DNA of 62,891 bases, filler included, from Neolecta irregularis DAH-3 (GCA_001929475.1; 8 parts of 8 records of this genome joined end to end with filler, not necessarily neighbours in it); one strand, 5' to 3'; positions 1-13,002 are shown, numbered from the whole stretch's first letter. A program made the numbers and translations. The notes: generated from the letters alone by a model not told the origin.

Positions 1-168
1 TCCAAAATGAGCAAGTAAGCAAGTCCAAAGGCTAGACTTGGACTTACTTACTTGATAGCAAGTCTGCCCATGGACCTTGGGCCGGGCTCTTTTTATAGTC
101 CAGACCATGGACTTTATCCATGAACTTTTAATGGACTGCATTAAGTCCATGGTCCATCCGCAACACTG
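1..168. repeat. Nested non-autonomous DNA-transposon-like ends (CAAGCAAGT family ending CAAGTCTG at ~66; CCATGGACT family ending CAACACTG at ~168)
   Basis: The same motif arrays recur at 705-800, 5335-5445, 38855-38923 (CAAGCAAGT) and 40775-40896 (CCATGGACT...CAACACTG). Termini read CAG- on the reverse strand, as in hAT TIRs. Confidence 0.55.
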
Positions 169-689
169 TGGGAGGATTAGTACGCCGGCCGCCTGCCGGA
201 AAAATCTGAACTGTCAGGCCGCTGGAGCCTCTCTGGCGGGTGGGGCCTCTCAGGCCAGATTTTTATGCCTCCCGCCTTCACCAAGAGATCCAACCATCCA
301 CCTGGAGAATGCTCTGGCAGGCTGATAGGTTGTATGGTGGCTTGGTAGTTTCCTTCATGTGATGCTTCTTCAAAGGCCCCCCTTGGACTTTCTTGTATTG
401 AATATATTGGCAGACCATTAGTATTGCCTTTAAACTCTGATCCCGATAGTGTTTGTTTCGTTTGAATACGTTGGTTGGTTGTTCAATTGTGAATTGATTG
501 CCATTTGCTCAAAGTTACACCCGCAAGATTTGTCACGGATCACGTGACATTGATCAGGATGATACGACATGAACTTGGTATGTGCAGCATACTTCACCAA
601 TGAAAGAAATGGCCAGGTAGAAATCATTTTATGATAGCAATTTCGGTTATTTAGTGAATATTGTATTGCACCTATCCTAATTGTCAAAA

Positions 690-1130
690 AAGACGAGCCG
701 CCCACCTGCCCAAGCAAGTCCAGACAAGCAAGTCCAAGTTTGCAAGTAAAATAGCAAGAAGTCCAAGCAAGCAAATCCAAAGGCCAGAAATATGCAAGCA
801 AGCGAGTCTGTGTATAATCCTTTAAATTTATCTAAATATTAGCAAGAAGGAACTGACAGGTGGGTTGGCATGGCGGGCAAGCCAAACAGACCAAACGGGC
901 TAGACGGGCGCGCAAGGTGGGAAAGATGGGTGCGCCAGGCGGGAAAGACAGGCGAGACAGAAGTCAGAGGTAGGAGAGACAGGCAAGTGGGAGAGGCGTG
1001 CGAGAAGGGCGAGGCGCGCGAGATGGGAGAGGCGGGCAAGATGGGAGAGGTGGGCAAGGTGGGCTGGTGAGGCGGGCAGACGAGGCGGGCAGGAAGTAGG
1101 ATAGGGAGGAGACATGGGTGGAGAAAGGCT
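690..1130. repeat. Composite dispersed repeat: CAAGCAAGT array plus purine-rich GA/GGC tract
   Basis: TATCTAAATATTAGCAAG(A/G)..GAACTGACAGG at ~830 recurs at ~37826. GCAAGTCCAGACAAGCAAGTCCAAGTTTGCAAGTAAAATAGCAAG recurs at ~38860. Confidence 0.7.
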
Positions 1131-1956
1131 GCAAATACATGGACTGGTCAGGTTGTTTTGAACTTTTAGTTTTCCTTCCCTGTCTTCAGTTCTGTAATTA
1201 TTTCCATAAACAGTGGAAATACAAGGGGCCCGAATAGGGGTGTGTATACATTGCATATTTATGCTCGTTGGGAAAGCAAAGCATGCTGGCTATTGTTGGA
1301 TTGAGGAATGTTTTTCTGCTGTTGCAGAGGATAGCACTGCCCTGATGCTGAAGAGTAAGGTTGAGTTGGAAAGGGTAAGCTCAATCTACAAGTTCCAAGC
1401 TTAATGAAGAAGGACGGCGTCTTAGAATGGCTCGCGGATTCCATTTTGACTATCACAGGCAGACATTTTGCGCGCCAAATCTTTAATGGGCGCGTGGAAC
1501 ATACTTTTTAGGGCCACCTTTCTCCGCTATAACAAACTTGAGCTCGCACAACTCAATTCTGGTGAGTATGTTCGTCTATAAAGATCTGCGTGAAAAGCGA
1601 TATTTTGGGCTGTTGCTTGGATTACCCAGCCAATGGCACTTGAATGCTCCTGCAGAGTGATTAGGAAATACGATGGAACGTTATGCCCTGCATTTCTAAT
1701 GCCCATAGTCAATATTTACTCGACAAGATGTAAAGTCTCTCACATTTCTAACAAATATAATGACGTCATTTTACTGCAATATTCTTGGATCGTATCTCCT
1801 TCTTGGGGACCTTTCCAATCATGAGCTGACGGTTGCCGTCATAATGACCATTGGCAATATTCATTATTTTGAAGGGACCGAGCAATTAGAAATCTATATA
1901 AACCCGGCATATTCTCTCCTAGTCTTCTGTTGCAAGATCCATCAATCCTTTCCGCC

Positions 1957-2576
1957 ATGCCATTCGCTTCAGTGTTTTTCACAACTCTATTCGCTGCTAC
2001 AGCCTTCGCGTCCCCACTCAAGACCCGTCAGAGTGACTCAGTTCAAAACCTCCCTAGAGTACGCCTTTTTTGGATTAATATTAATAAACAGCTTCTTGTT
2101 CCCCTTGTTGAAGACCAACCGGACACAAACTTTGGAACCCTGTTTACTGGAAACATCAGTGCACAGGGCGGGCAACATCAAATATCAATGTTGACTTCGT
2201 TCGACATTGAAATAACACGCCCAATCTGTGCCCTTTCATTTGTGGCTTCTGGAATTGAAGAAAACTATCAATTCACTGGCACCCAAAGATTTGAAGTCTG
2301 GGATATGCCACCTTTCAACTATAAAGAAGTCACTTGGAATACACATGATCAACCGACAAAATACAATGGTATTATTAACATTAACCCCCAAGGTGAGAGC
2401 AATTCCCTTGTATTCCCGTGCAGATATCCTTACAACGAACTGATGGTGAAATCAGTTGATGGCGATGATGTCTACGTTTGTGTCTTAGATGTGTAATAAA
2501 TGCTGACGTTTAGATTGATTGGTTTGAATTGGCTCACCCAATTCTGGGTCTTCTCCTGACTCAAAGCTATGAGTGA
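1957..2576 (+). CDS. Secreted But2 C-terminal-domain-like protein (1 intron, 2476-2513)
   Basis: Signal peptide MPFASVFFTTLFAATAFA; motifs CALSF, YQFTG, VTWN, FPC. A GT..CTGAC..TAG intron gives the terminal exon IDWFELAHPILGLLLTQSYE*. Confidence 0.65.
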
Positions 2577-3238
2577 GAGCGCACCTATTCCAACCACGAC
2601 GCCATTAATTTCATTGACAGTGATGTCATATGTAGATGAATGAACATTAGTTTCGTTTTGTACAAGTATTATAACTGAAATCTCCAAATCAATTGTTCTT
2701 TTGCCTCGATTATTCTATGCAGTATTTCATCTCATTCATCAGGAAGATGTTATCTCAGATACTGTAAGTGTTGGAGCTCGAGTACACAACATGATCTTTT
2801 CCTTGTCCTATTTGTGCAGGTCTGGAAAATGTTTTAAATAATCGAGCAATTGTTTGGACGGAATTTCTAGCGAGCGGAGTCTCATATCCATTACCCTGGA
2901 CAAGTCCGTTTATCAAGCGGAAATACGCGCTAAACGCTCAGCGTACCTCAAACCCCCTTCGAAGCTTTGCATGTCTGCCGGTCCGATCATTGCTGATCAC
3001 TGCTGCTGCCCTGCTATTCATCGATCCGTGTAGCGGAGATTTGGTATCCAAGCATAATCGATGTTGTGCTAAATATTTCTCTCCATGATGAACTATCGAT
3101 GAAAGAACCAAAAAGAGGTCATTTCTGCAAGAAACTCGTCATTCTTTATGTCTGGACTTCTGGACTAATATGATTTCTGCACAGAATATTCCATTGTATA
3201 ATTAAGTATCTGAATTTACACTTCCCTCTGCACCGCTG

Positions 3239-4586
3239 TCAATCATTCGAAAAGAAAAATTCCACATCTCTATCAAATTTTCTTGACACACCAATTTGAT
3301 TATGATCAATATTATTTGCACTCAACCCGAGTCGTTGCATCAAATCATAAGCAATCCAAAGTCTAAAATCATCTGGAATTTCCACGTTGAGAGAGTCATC
3401 AAATTCAGAATTAGAAATTGCGTTGATAAACATCACACAAAAAGCCTCGTCACCCTGCGGACACTTTGTGAACACGAAGGAATCTCCAGTTTTTGTCGGC
3501 GGCTTTATTCCAAGGGCATTTGAAACGTTTTCCAAATACTGTTTGATGACTGAAATGTTAAGGACTGACCCATCAACTGTGTCAGTTGAGACAAATGTCG
3601 GATAATTCGTGGCACTGTTGCGGTAATTAATCTCCCAGTTCAGAATGATCCAGTGGCCGTTCGCTAGCTGGAAGGGTTGTCGTATCATCTGGATTTTATC
3701 TTTCCATTTTGTAATGTCTTCTACATTTACTGCTTTTGGGACAGCGGAGTAGAATATGTTCGAGGGGAATGTAGCGGCTGCGTGTGCGTAAACCATTGAA
3801 GCATCGAGCGGTTCCTTGTTGAGAATGCGCCGGACCATCCTGACAATTTCAGACATCCTCCATTCGATATTGTTAACCGAGAGAGACGGAATAGCGTCTC
3901 CCTTTGGTTGAAAAAAAGTGCCTTGTATCAACCGTCTAAATTGAGATAAGAATTCGGGATCCCCTCTATCGACCCAAAGGGAACGCAATGATTTCTGCCA
4001 ATCATCTAACGATTCAAAGTCATTTATATCACAAATAATGTTGAGACCTTTTGGTGGAATCTTTGATAGATGCAATTTGTGCTCTTTAGGAAAGGAAGGA
4101 ATGGCTATGCTATTGCGGTTAGTTATTAATAGAAAATGAAGAATACTTGTAAGCGTAATATTTTCCATTTCGAATGTCTTTATACAGGGCAAGCTTGATT
4201 GCATCATTAAGAATGGTGGTACTAATGTCAGGAGAGAATGGCGGTGCTCCCAGAACTTGTTGCTGTGAAATTTCCAATTTGGTTATTGTTGTGGCATCCT
4301 GATCAAACCCCAAAAATCTTTGATGAGACATAAAACAAGCTGGCTGTTTGTCGTGGTAAAAGGTGATAGCCGAATGGCATTCTGTATATACTGAGCACCA
4401 CTGGAGGCAGACAACAGCCCCATCTTCAAGCGAGAAATCTGGTAAAGAGGTAAAACAGCCCCAACGTCGGGAGGGCGTGTTTTCAGAGTTAAAACACCCT
4501 TCCTTTAGTCCGATTTGGTTAAACCTATCTCTGGCTGCGACGAGTACAATCGTGCATGAGAGAATGATGCCTAGATTTGAGAACAT
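3239..4586 (-). CDS. Secreted protein, N-terminal PAN/Apple-like domain plus Ulp1/C48-like cysteine peptidase domain (~436 aa; intron 4110-4146; 3' end uncertain)
   Basis: ORFs 4119-4586 and 3239-4207 join in frame via a GTATTC..CTAAC..TAG intron. Signal peptide; CLQWC..C...CFM pattern; motifs NGHWIIL, TD, CPQGDEAFC, FRLWIAYDL. Confidence 0.65.
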
Positions 4587-5039
4587 TTTTGAAAAAGCGG
4601 CAGGGAAGAGGAACTGGTTTAATGATTTTCAACAGAACCAGTGGCGCTGTTTTACCTCAACATTGAAGCCGGAATCTACAGGTGAACCTGGTTACGCTGA
4701 ATGTGGCGTTCATGGGTGTTGAATTTGTTATGAGCACTCGTTTTATCGTGATATCACGTTGCGCCTTATCTTTTGATTTTGGAAGGCAGTCAGGTTCGTT
4801 ATAACGAGGAATTCTATGTACGGAGGTTCCCTATAGCCAGGATCTACTGCAGTGTGGTTGGGTGGGGAGCACCAAGCGCCACAGCCGCCACACGGCAGCC
4901 CAGGCTGCATTAGGACTGAGATTGGCCGAGGACGGGTGGCACTCACTCAATCCGGGAGAAGCCGGATGGGAAATGAAGCCGGAGGAGGATACGCAGATGG
5001 CTTGGACAGGTGGCTTGTTCCGGAGCAAGTGACATTTCC

Positions 5040-5220
5040 ACTTCTGAACACTTTCCCGTTCAGTGTCTCACTTTCAACCCCATATATTTCTGTCCGAGGT
5101 GTCAGCGGTGACCCACCACTTTGTCTCTGTAGTGTCTTCCTTATTTCCCTCCACATAGGCCTGTAGGCCCGCCTTGCCATAAAAGGAGACCGGTTTCCTC
5201 ATGTTAGATAGCCAATCGTA
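5040..5220. mobile_element. LTR-like dispersed repeat (family B); left boundary uncertain
   Basis: Shares ACACTTTC..GTCTCACTTT, CTCCACATAG.CCTGTAGG, ATAAAAGGAG and CTCATGTTAG.TAGCCAATC with 61953-62293. Confidence 0.55.
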
Positions 5221-5334
5221 ATACTATCGATTGGAATTGACATTACAATATGATAATATCTCCTGGGATAGCGCAGACAATCTTTGGTAGATGTATTACG
5301 AAAATATTCAATGTCTCATTAAAAGTCTTAAACT

Positions 5335-5445
5335 GTCAAGTCTATCAAGTCCAATCAAGCAAGTCTACATTATTGTACTTGCTTACTTGCCAATTTTTTT
5401 CCTCCAGACTTGCTTGCTTACTTGCGTATAAACAAGCAAGTCTGT
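5335..5445. repeat. CAAGCAAGT-family transposon end fragment
   Basis: Inverted and direct CAAGTC/GACTTG motifs ending CAAGTCTG, as at 1-66. Confidence 0.55.
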
Positions 5446-5552
5446 ATATATTGCTTTGCAAAATGCCATAGAATTGCTCACATACTCTAGATGCAATGGA
5501 ATTAACCAGACAAGGAAACTTGCAGCAAAGATAGAGAAAATAACGCAACAAT

Positions 5553-8428
5553 CTATCCAACTACTTTCAGAACCAATTCACAACCAATCTCCCCATCACT
5601 TTTCCCACAAACTCGAACTGCTACACCCGTCTTGGAACTCCACGCTAGCCGGATGACAACCAAAACCTTTTCGCCAGAAACGACCTTTCCAGCAAGTTTC
5701 AAGGTATGCGTATTCTTGTTGGTAGGTTGATCTGTTCCTTCGATCGGTTGAAGTGAAAACATGTCAATCAGAGTAGAATTGGCTTCTACAACCATAAGTC
5801 TAAATAGATTAAAAGGAAGTTACCGTGAATAGATTTCATCTCGCCTAATGCAAAAGTAGCACTTTTTTCAAATTGAAGGGACTCCCATAAATCTTTGAAT
5901 CCGCTGATATAAATCGGCACAAAGTAATCCTTGGCTTCAACATCGACATCTTCAATCTACTGTATCAAAGGAATATTCAAGTAAAACCATACCTCGTACT
6001 CATCGTCATAACCAGCTTGATCTAATTCTCCAGTAGTGGGATCAACTTCCTTGCTAGTAAACTTTAAAGAATTCGAAAAGTTCCCCATCGGAAACCCAGT
6101 TTTCGAAAAGGCGACGTATATGGTCCCAGCGATTTCAGGAGTGATTTTTGGCGCAGGAATGATGAATAGTTCTTGAAATTCCTCAGAAGGAGAGGCAACA
6201 ATACTGACGTTTTCTAAAACAGTATCTGGGATAGTGTTCCTGACGGTGTACTATATATCAGTCATGATTCCAAGAGGCGCACCTGAATGACGAGATGATC
6301 TTGAAAAACGTGTTTAACGGCACCAACAACATACTCCATTTCCCGTTCTGTCAATTCTGCGTCCAGGCTGCTCTTCAAGAGAGGCCCAAAAGATTTTAAT
6401 TCGGGGACAGAACTTAAGAGTTCGGAATACTTGATTTTTTCTTCTTCCTGTTGCTTTTTAGGTTCAGAAATTGCGGATGTAATGCGAGTCTTTGCTTTGA
6501 GACTTTCGGTCAGGGCTTCTGCTCGGGAGATGATGGGTATAGAGGATATATTGAACTCTTGGTCGAAATTTGATGAGGAGATATAGGTGACAAGTTGCGA
6601 TTCAAGCATAGGCAGAGAATAAATCCCGTCTAAAAATCAGCATCAAAAGACATGTGAAACCAACCAGAGAAAGAAAGTCCGGATTTCTCCCAAACCGCGC
6701 GATCACGAACTTCATCGTCACGATCATCGAGACATCGTTCCAAAAGTATTGCAACACGGGTTTGTAAGCCGTCTACCTTTGCGAATTTTCCAAGGGCAGA
6801 AACGGCAGCTGCTCGAACGATGCTATTTTCCAAGACGACTCTGTTATAAATATATCGAATATATCTGGAAGGATGAGGGGTAAGCGGACCCTCGACTCCA
6901 AGAAGATGAAGAACCCTGACCGCAAGGGTAGTAAATTCACAATCTTCAATGAATTCACAAAGATGGCTTAACGCTGAAAGAATCAGGACAAGATTGTAAG
7001 AGCAAAAAGATACCATCTGCTTTGACACCAGGCACAAATGAACATAAATCCATTAAACCTTCAACAACGCATTCTTTTACTTTTTCCCCTCCTTCTTCTC
7101 TGAGACAGCTAGCAAAAAAGCCGAGCATAACGTCTTTCTTCTCTGGGAATTTAATAGCCAGGCTTCGAATTGCGGAAATGACGATTATGCGAAATTCATC
7201 CGAGAGGTCAGACATGAAAGTTGCCAAAGTCTTCATGAGACGATCGACGCTACTTGATGTGCCTGTTTTCAAAAGAGTAGTAATGGCAAAGGTGGAGATG
7301 GAACGATTGGTGTCTGTGATTAAAGCCTCGAGGTCAGTGTTCAAGGGCGATAACAACGCACTCTGAGTTTGCGAAAGGGTGCTCAAAAGTCTGAGAGAGG
7401 TAAATCGGATGATATATCTAGGCGACGAGAGGAACAATTGAAGAACTATCTGTCAGAGCGCAATCTTGAGAGGAATAACGAGAAATCACGGGGGACAGTT
7501 CATCTTGAGTGGTGTTTGGTAGCCCGATCAACATTTTTGCAGCTTCGAGGTTGACCATGTCTGATTTATGTTTTAAAAATCCGATCAAAAGCTGGACCAT
7601 GGTATTTCGCATACTTCAGAGGTTACACAGTCAATCAAGACAAGACTAATACTTTGAATCATCGCGGGCGATTTTTTCTGCGCAGCGAACGAGGAATACT
7701 ACAGCCATGGGATTACGCAGGCTTTTCTCAAAGCCCTGGATAATTTTGATGACTGCGATCCTGTCATGGCAGCGCATGGAATAAAGAAGGCCGATTGCAT
7801 GGTACTGGGAGCAGAAGCTTACATTCTCTAGGCTGTTGCGTGCTGAGACTGAGAAGGAGAATATCGCTGGAGTTTTGCCGGATATTGATTCCTGGGTTTC
7901 ATTTGCCCAGCGGCGGACAACGTCTTTGGCGAAAGGGAAAAGATGGTACGAGGCAACGAGACCGGCGGAGCAGACGCTTGGTGTTTTGTCGACAATCGCA
8001 GTTTTGAGCAGCCGCTCGACAGTCTGGACGGTTGCGGGATCGACAACACGCGCCAGGGCGCGGATCGCGTTTGGGCGATAGATGGGTTCGCTGGCAGCCG
8101 CAGCGTCTTTCATGACGGAGGAGGTGACCATGATGGTGTCCTCGGCCATTTTTGCCAGGGCGCCAATAACCACATACACCATCTGGCGCAGCGCAGGGTC
8201 TTTGCTCTGGAACAGCCGCGTAATGCCGAAAAACAGCTGCGTCGCCTCGCGGGTCGGGAACCGCTCGCCGCGATCGAGCAGGTAGATCATCTTGGTCAAC
8301 AGCACCCGGCACCTGCGCGCATTGACGGGCGCCGCGTGGAAAAGCCCGCTGTCCTGCACCACTTGCAGCCGGTCGACCGCCGAGAACGGAGAGATTTCTG
8401 CATCTTCGTCGCGTTTGGAGCGTGACAT
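5553..8428 (-). CDS. SEC21: Coatomer gamma subunit (multi-exon)
   Basis: Motifs [71 protein letters not shown]; about 7 GT-AG introns join the ORFs. Confidence 0.95.
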
Positions 8429-8907
8429 TCGGGGCAATTCACACGCGACTGGGGGAGAGAAAGTGGGGAGTGGCAGTACGGCAAGTGACTTTTGCCAGGA
8501 GATGTCACGTGACATCATGGAGTCGCATTGAGCGGTCAGTCTTCCAGTTGTTGCCTTTGGTCCTTTCTCCCTCTGCAGCACTATTCTCTGTGGGAAAATA
8601 CTGGTAGGGCAGTCTATTTGGCCGGCAATGTTTTCGGCTGCCGCTACTCTCTCTGGGCCAACCCTTGTTTCTCTCTGGTGGGTCCTTTTTCCGTTCAATG
8701 CCCTTTTTCAAAATACACCCAGCAGCGGGCGGCTGTTCTACCTCACAAACTGCCCCTGTCGAGATTCGGGCGATCAAGGTGATAGGTAATAGTCCCGTGC
8801 AGATCCCTCAGTGTAAAAATAGAAGGCAAATCCAACTTTTAGTGCTAGGCTCCTTTGCCTGTATTTTTCCAACCTATCCTGCAACTTTCTCCTCCTACAA
8901 AACCTCC

Positions 8908-9171
8908 ATGGCAGATCATATTCCACTCGTAGATGCTCCCAAAGTCCCTCCATCCCCGCCTCCTGCATATCCCCACATGCCGGCCGCGCCAGCCTACTCT
9001 CCATATCCTCCAATACAACCCCAACCCGTCGAGGCGCAGCAACTCTATGCTCAAAACGCAGCAGCTCGAGAGCTTCACAGGCGATTCCTCATCGGCATCT
9101 TGGGCTTAGTGATCATGATTAGTTTCCTTGGTCTGCTGAAATATTTCATTTACGGAGACATAAACGCATGA
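8908..9171 (+). CDS. Small proline-rich single-TM protein with PPAY motif
   Basis: 87 aa ORF with PPPAY and a C-terminal hydrophobic segment FLIGILGLVIMISFLGLL. Confidence 0.55.
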   Translation: MADHIPLVDAPKVPPSPPPAYPHMPAAPAYSPYPPIQPQPVEAQQLYAQNAAARELHRRFLIGILGLVIMISFLGLLKYFIYGDINA

Positions 9172-9854
9172 ATGGCCGGATAACTTGTGTACTGGTGGAG
9201 TTTTGTTTTTATCTGTTTCCGACGAATTTGTTTGCAATTATATCGATGGTATCATGTAATAGGGAAACACCATCCCCTGCTTTTGGTACCCCAGTCCAAG
9301 AAAATGTGACTTTAAAAGGTCAGAAACAGTCCAGGATGTTTTGGTAAATAACTCCTGTGAGGGGATAAGGCTTGCGATGCAGGATTACAGTAAGCTGACG
9401 TATTACGGGTTCGCTTAACACCGGATTTGTGTAGTGAACACAGACTTATAGGAACACAGAGGCCGGAGGAGGGACACAGAGACAAGAAGAACAAAGACTG
9501 AAGATAAGTATATTGCACATATTCATATAATAAACTAGGGTAATTTAGCAATGTCTCCTGATCCATGACAAATCTCTCAAGCTATGTTGGCAAGCAATGG
9601 AAGTCAATTCCCACAAGGCCACAGGAAAGATTCAAATCGAAATGAACATAGTCGGATTCAAGGAATTCAATTCCAAGAACAAGGACCACTGGAGAGATTC
9701 AATCCAAATCACCATAGTTGGTGTAAGCGTTCAGGTGTTCCTTTTTGTCGTTCGTGGACTTAGGCTGGTATGATGATGGTATGACAGCTACTTTGCGTGA
9801 AGGTAAGTACGTTTATAATCAATATACGCGACTAAAGTCCCCCTGCTAGCCAGA

Positions 9855-10300
9855 TGTGGACCTAATTAAATAGTAATTCCTTGACACATTTCGCTGCTGC
9901 CTATTCGCTCCTTCCTCTACGGACCCCCATCCGTTCCGCACATCTCCTTATTGAGCTCGTTAGCTCTTTTTGTGGAGCATTCGATCGATCGCTCTGTGAG
10001 GATATTGCTGCTCTTTTTGTCAGTGAAGAGGTTGACTTCTTCGTTGAGCTTTAGAGCTCTTCTTGCGAACAGAGAGATCGATCGAGTGTCAACGGTATTG
10101 CCACTCTTTGATAGGGATGATGAGGCTGACTTCTTTATTGAGCTTCCTAGCTCTTCTTGCGGATGGAGAGATCGATCGCGCTTTGAGGATGTCGCTTGGC
10201 TTGCCTGTGGCGGTGGGGTGGAGGTTTGTCCCTGGTGCCTGTGGGGTCTCCGCGAATCCCCACAACTGGATTCAAAATCACAAGGTGAAACTAATAGTGG
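9855..10300 (+). mobile_element. LTR-family A copy with internal ~105-bp degenerate repeats
   Basis: High similarity to 60570-60850 and, inverted, to 62500-62891. Confidence 0.65.
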
Positions 10301-11139
10301 TCTACCCAAGTAAAAATTATCGTTGGAGTGATTTAAACGTAACCTCACTCTGGGTCGCCTCTCTGCGGGATAGATTGATTGCATTTATACATAATAGCCT
10401 GCTATTAGGTAGTGGTCTTATAACCCAGCAAGTGCATACAATTAAAAGGCTCCTACTGAAAAAAGAACGCCATTCTGAACATACAGACAAATATACCAAA
10501 ATAATCCTCATCTGGGTCCCATTACCTATTCTGGAGAATCGATTCTGGGAACTGTACTACTATCAACCGTGCCTTCTCGATAAAAATCACCAATGTTCAA
10601 TAACTGAGATCGAGCTATAGTGAATCTAATGTTCTTCCCATATACTTTAGAAAGCACTGATGTCACCATGTCACTAAGACATTTCCGGTTATCAGTGTCT
10701 TTGAAGTAGTATTAGCTGAAACGAGTAGGCTGCAACAGGATGTCTGCCGTCTCACGCATAACAGCTAACGCTGATTCTTTATTACCATCGTATTTCCGGA
10801 ATGCATTCGAATGCCGCAAATCGCAACATATCACTCCAGCGCATTTCCGTACGGTCCTCAGATCTTGCAGTGAAATAAAACGTATCCGGGGTTACAGATA
10901 CCTATAAGCCGTTTTGAATCACAATGCGATTCAGAAAAAGAGACTTCAGATCATAGTGCAACGATATCTGTCGTAATTCGAGAGCCGGGATCGTTGCAAT
11001 TTTATCAATCTAACAATAGTATTGCTAATCAAGTGATCGACCCACACGGCCGCCACGTCGGTCGTGAAATTCAATTTGTCATCTTCTCCGTTTTGGGCTG
11101 TATAAGAGTCCATTATTCCTGCATCGATCTCTTCAAGTC

Positions 11140-13002
11140 ATGGTTGATATCAAAATCCAAGCACAGCTCGTATGGCTTTGCCTTTTCATCTCGGTAAGTT
11201 TAGAGTTCGATATTTTTTCTGATAGTCAGATATTGGCAAAAGTAATATATACTCTCTATTTGCACCCTCTTGCATCATATCCTGGGCCATTGGTTGCTAA
11301 ATTTACAATCTTGTGGAGGGTATATCAAGTATGGACTGGGAAGCGACACCTCAAACTGCAACAGCTTCACAAAAAATATGGTATAGCTATAACCCACGAT
11401 CTCGATTTCACGCTCAGGGGACTTTGTCCGGATTGGTCCCAATGTCCTTTCAATATGTAATGCTTCTGCTCAGAAAGGTACCCTACTCAAGCTCACTTTG
11501 CAAGACCTCATGAAAGATATCTATGGCAAGCAATCCACAATGATAAAATCCATCGGCTATGACAAGCTTCGTCATGATGAGCGATATTCAAACATCGTTT
11601 TTGAAAGAGATCACAGAGTCCATTCACAGTTCAAAAGGGAATTAGCTCCCGCTTTGTCTTCAAAATCTCTCAATGATATGGAAGTCTATATTAAACAAAA
11701 TCTCGATCGTTTTCATCAATCAGTCCTGAAGTTCGGGCAAAATGGAGGAAAAGCAATTGTAAATGGCGTTCTTAAAATCTTGACAAATTTGTAGAACATG
11801 ACGAAATGGATGACCTACTTCACTTTTGACGTCCTCGGAGATTTCTGCTTTGGAAAGCCGATCGGATTTTTAGAAGCCGGTGATGATCATGGCTGGAAAG
11901 ATCGAACCAAGGCACATTCGTTTTTTGGTGCTATTGTGCGTCCCTATATTGTAGTTAACGCTTCTAATACATTCCTTAAGGGCAAGGTTGCTCCAGAATA
12001 TGCCTGGTTACGCAAATATGTAGTCCCGAAAACTGTGGTAGAAATGACAGAGGCTATGAACAAGGTATTCCTTTTTGTCCTTGCTTGATAATTCAACATT
12101 AATACAGGATACAATTCAGAAGATTACCAATCGCTTATCCTCGCCAAACGATCGAAAAGACTTTTTTTATTACTTCCTACAAAACCTTGACAAGGAAGAA
12201 ACCCAAAAAGAGCTTCAACAACGTCTCTTCGCTACTTATCAAGTGGTCATGTATGTTACATCCGCTAAAAACGAGCATTGATACTCATGTTAATAGAATT
12301 GCTGGTGGCGAAACAATCTCAAGTACTATAGAACCCTTGAATTAGGTAAACTAACCACAGCCGCTCTGAATGCTGCAATATACCTCCTAGCTTCCAATCC
12401 TCGTTGCTATAAAAAACTTCGTTCCGAAGTCGAAAGCCATTTCTCCTCTTCCCATGAGATGGAAAGTCACCAACTTGCGCAGCTCTCTTATTTGAATGCC
12501 GTGATCAATGAAACATTAAGAATTCGACCACCGTTAGTCGGAGAGCTTCCTCGGGAAGTTGTTGAACCATCTTATGTTGTCGGCAAGAAGATTCCGGTAG
12601 GAACAGAAATTTCCGTCCCATATTGGGCATTGTATCACGACGCGCGATATTTCACTGCACCCGAAGATTTCATCCCGGAGAGATGGATCGATGAACTTTT
12701 CGAAAAGGACAAAACTAAAGGTCGAGAAGCATGGTACATTTGTTGAAAGATTTCTTGCGATTGATTCTTTTAGCCAGCCTTTCTCACTCGGATCGCGAGT
12801 CTGTCTAGGGAAGGGGTACCACTTTCTTCATGTCCAAAAACTGATTGAAAGCATGGCTTACATAGAGATGCGTTTAGCTCTTGCACGGTGGATCATTGAA
12901 TTTGACTTTGAACTTGCGGATCCGAACTCTACCTTTGACGTTGAAGACTATACCATCACCATAAATCCAGAAAGTCTCATCGTCGTTCGCAGTAGACAGT
13001 AG
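11140..13002 (+). CDS. Cytochrome P450 (about 10 introns)
   Basis: HPLASYPGP, AGGET I-helix, INETLR (ExxR), FIPERW, heme motif FSLGSRVCLG. Confidence 0.93.

Noticed and set aside
430..801. 123-aa ORF as a transposase remnant
   Set aside because: It begins within the CAAG repeat and has no recognisable DDE or zinc-finger motif.
7795..8531. Many antisense and alternative-frame ORFs over SEC21 (also PSF1, SIT4)
   Set aside because: Shadow ORFs caused by high GC in real genes.
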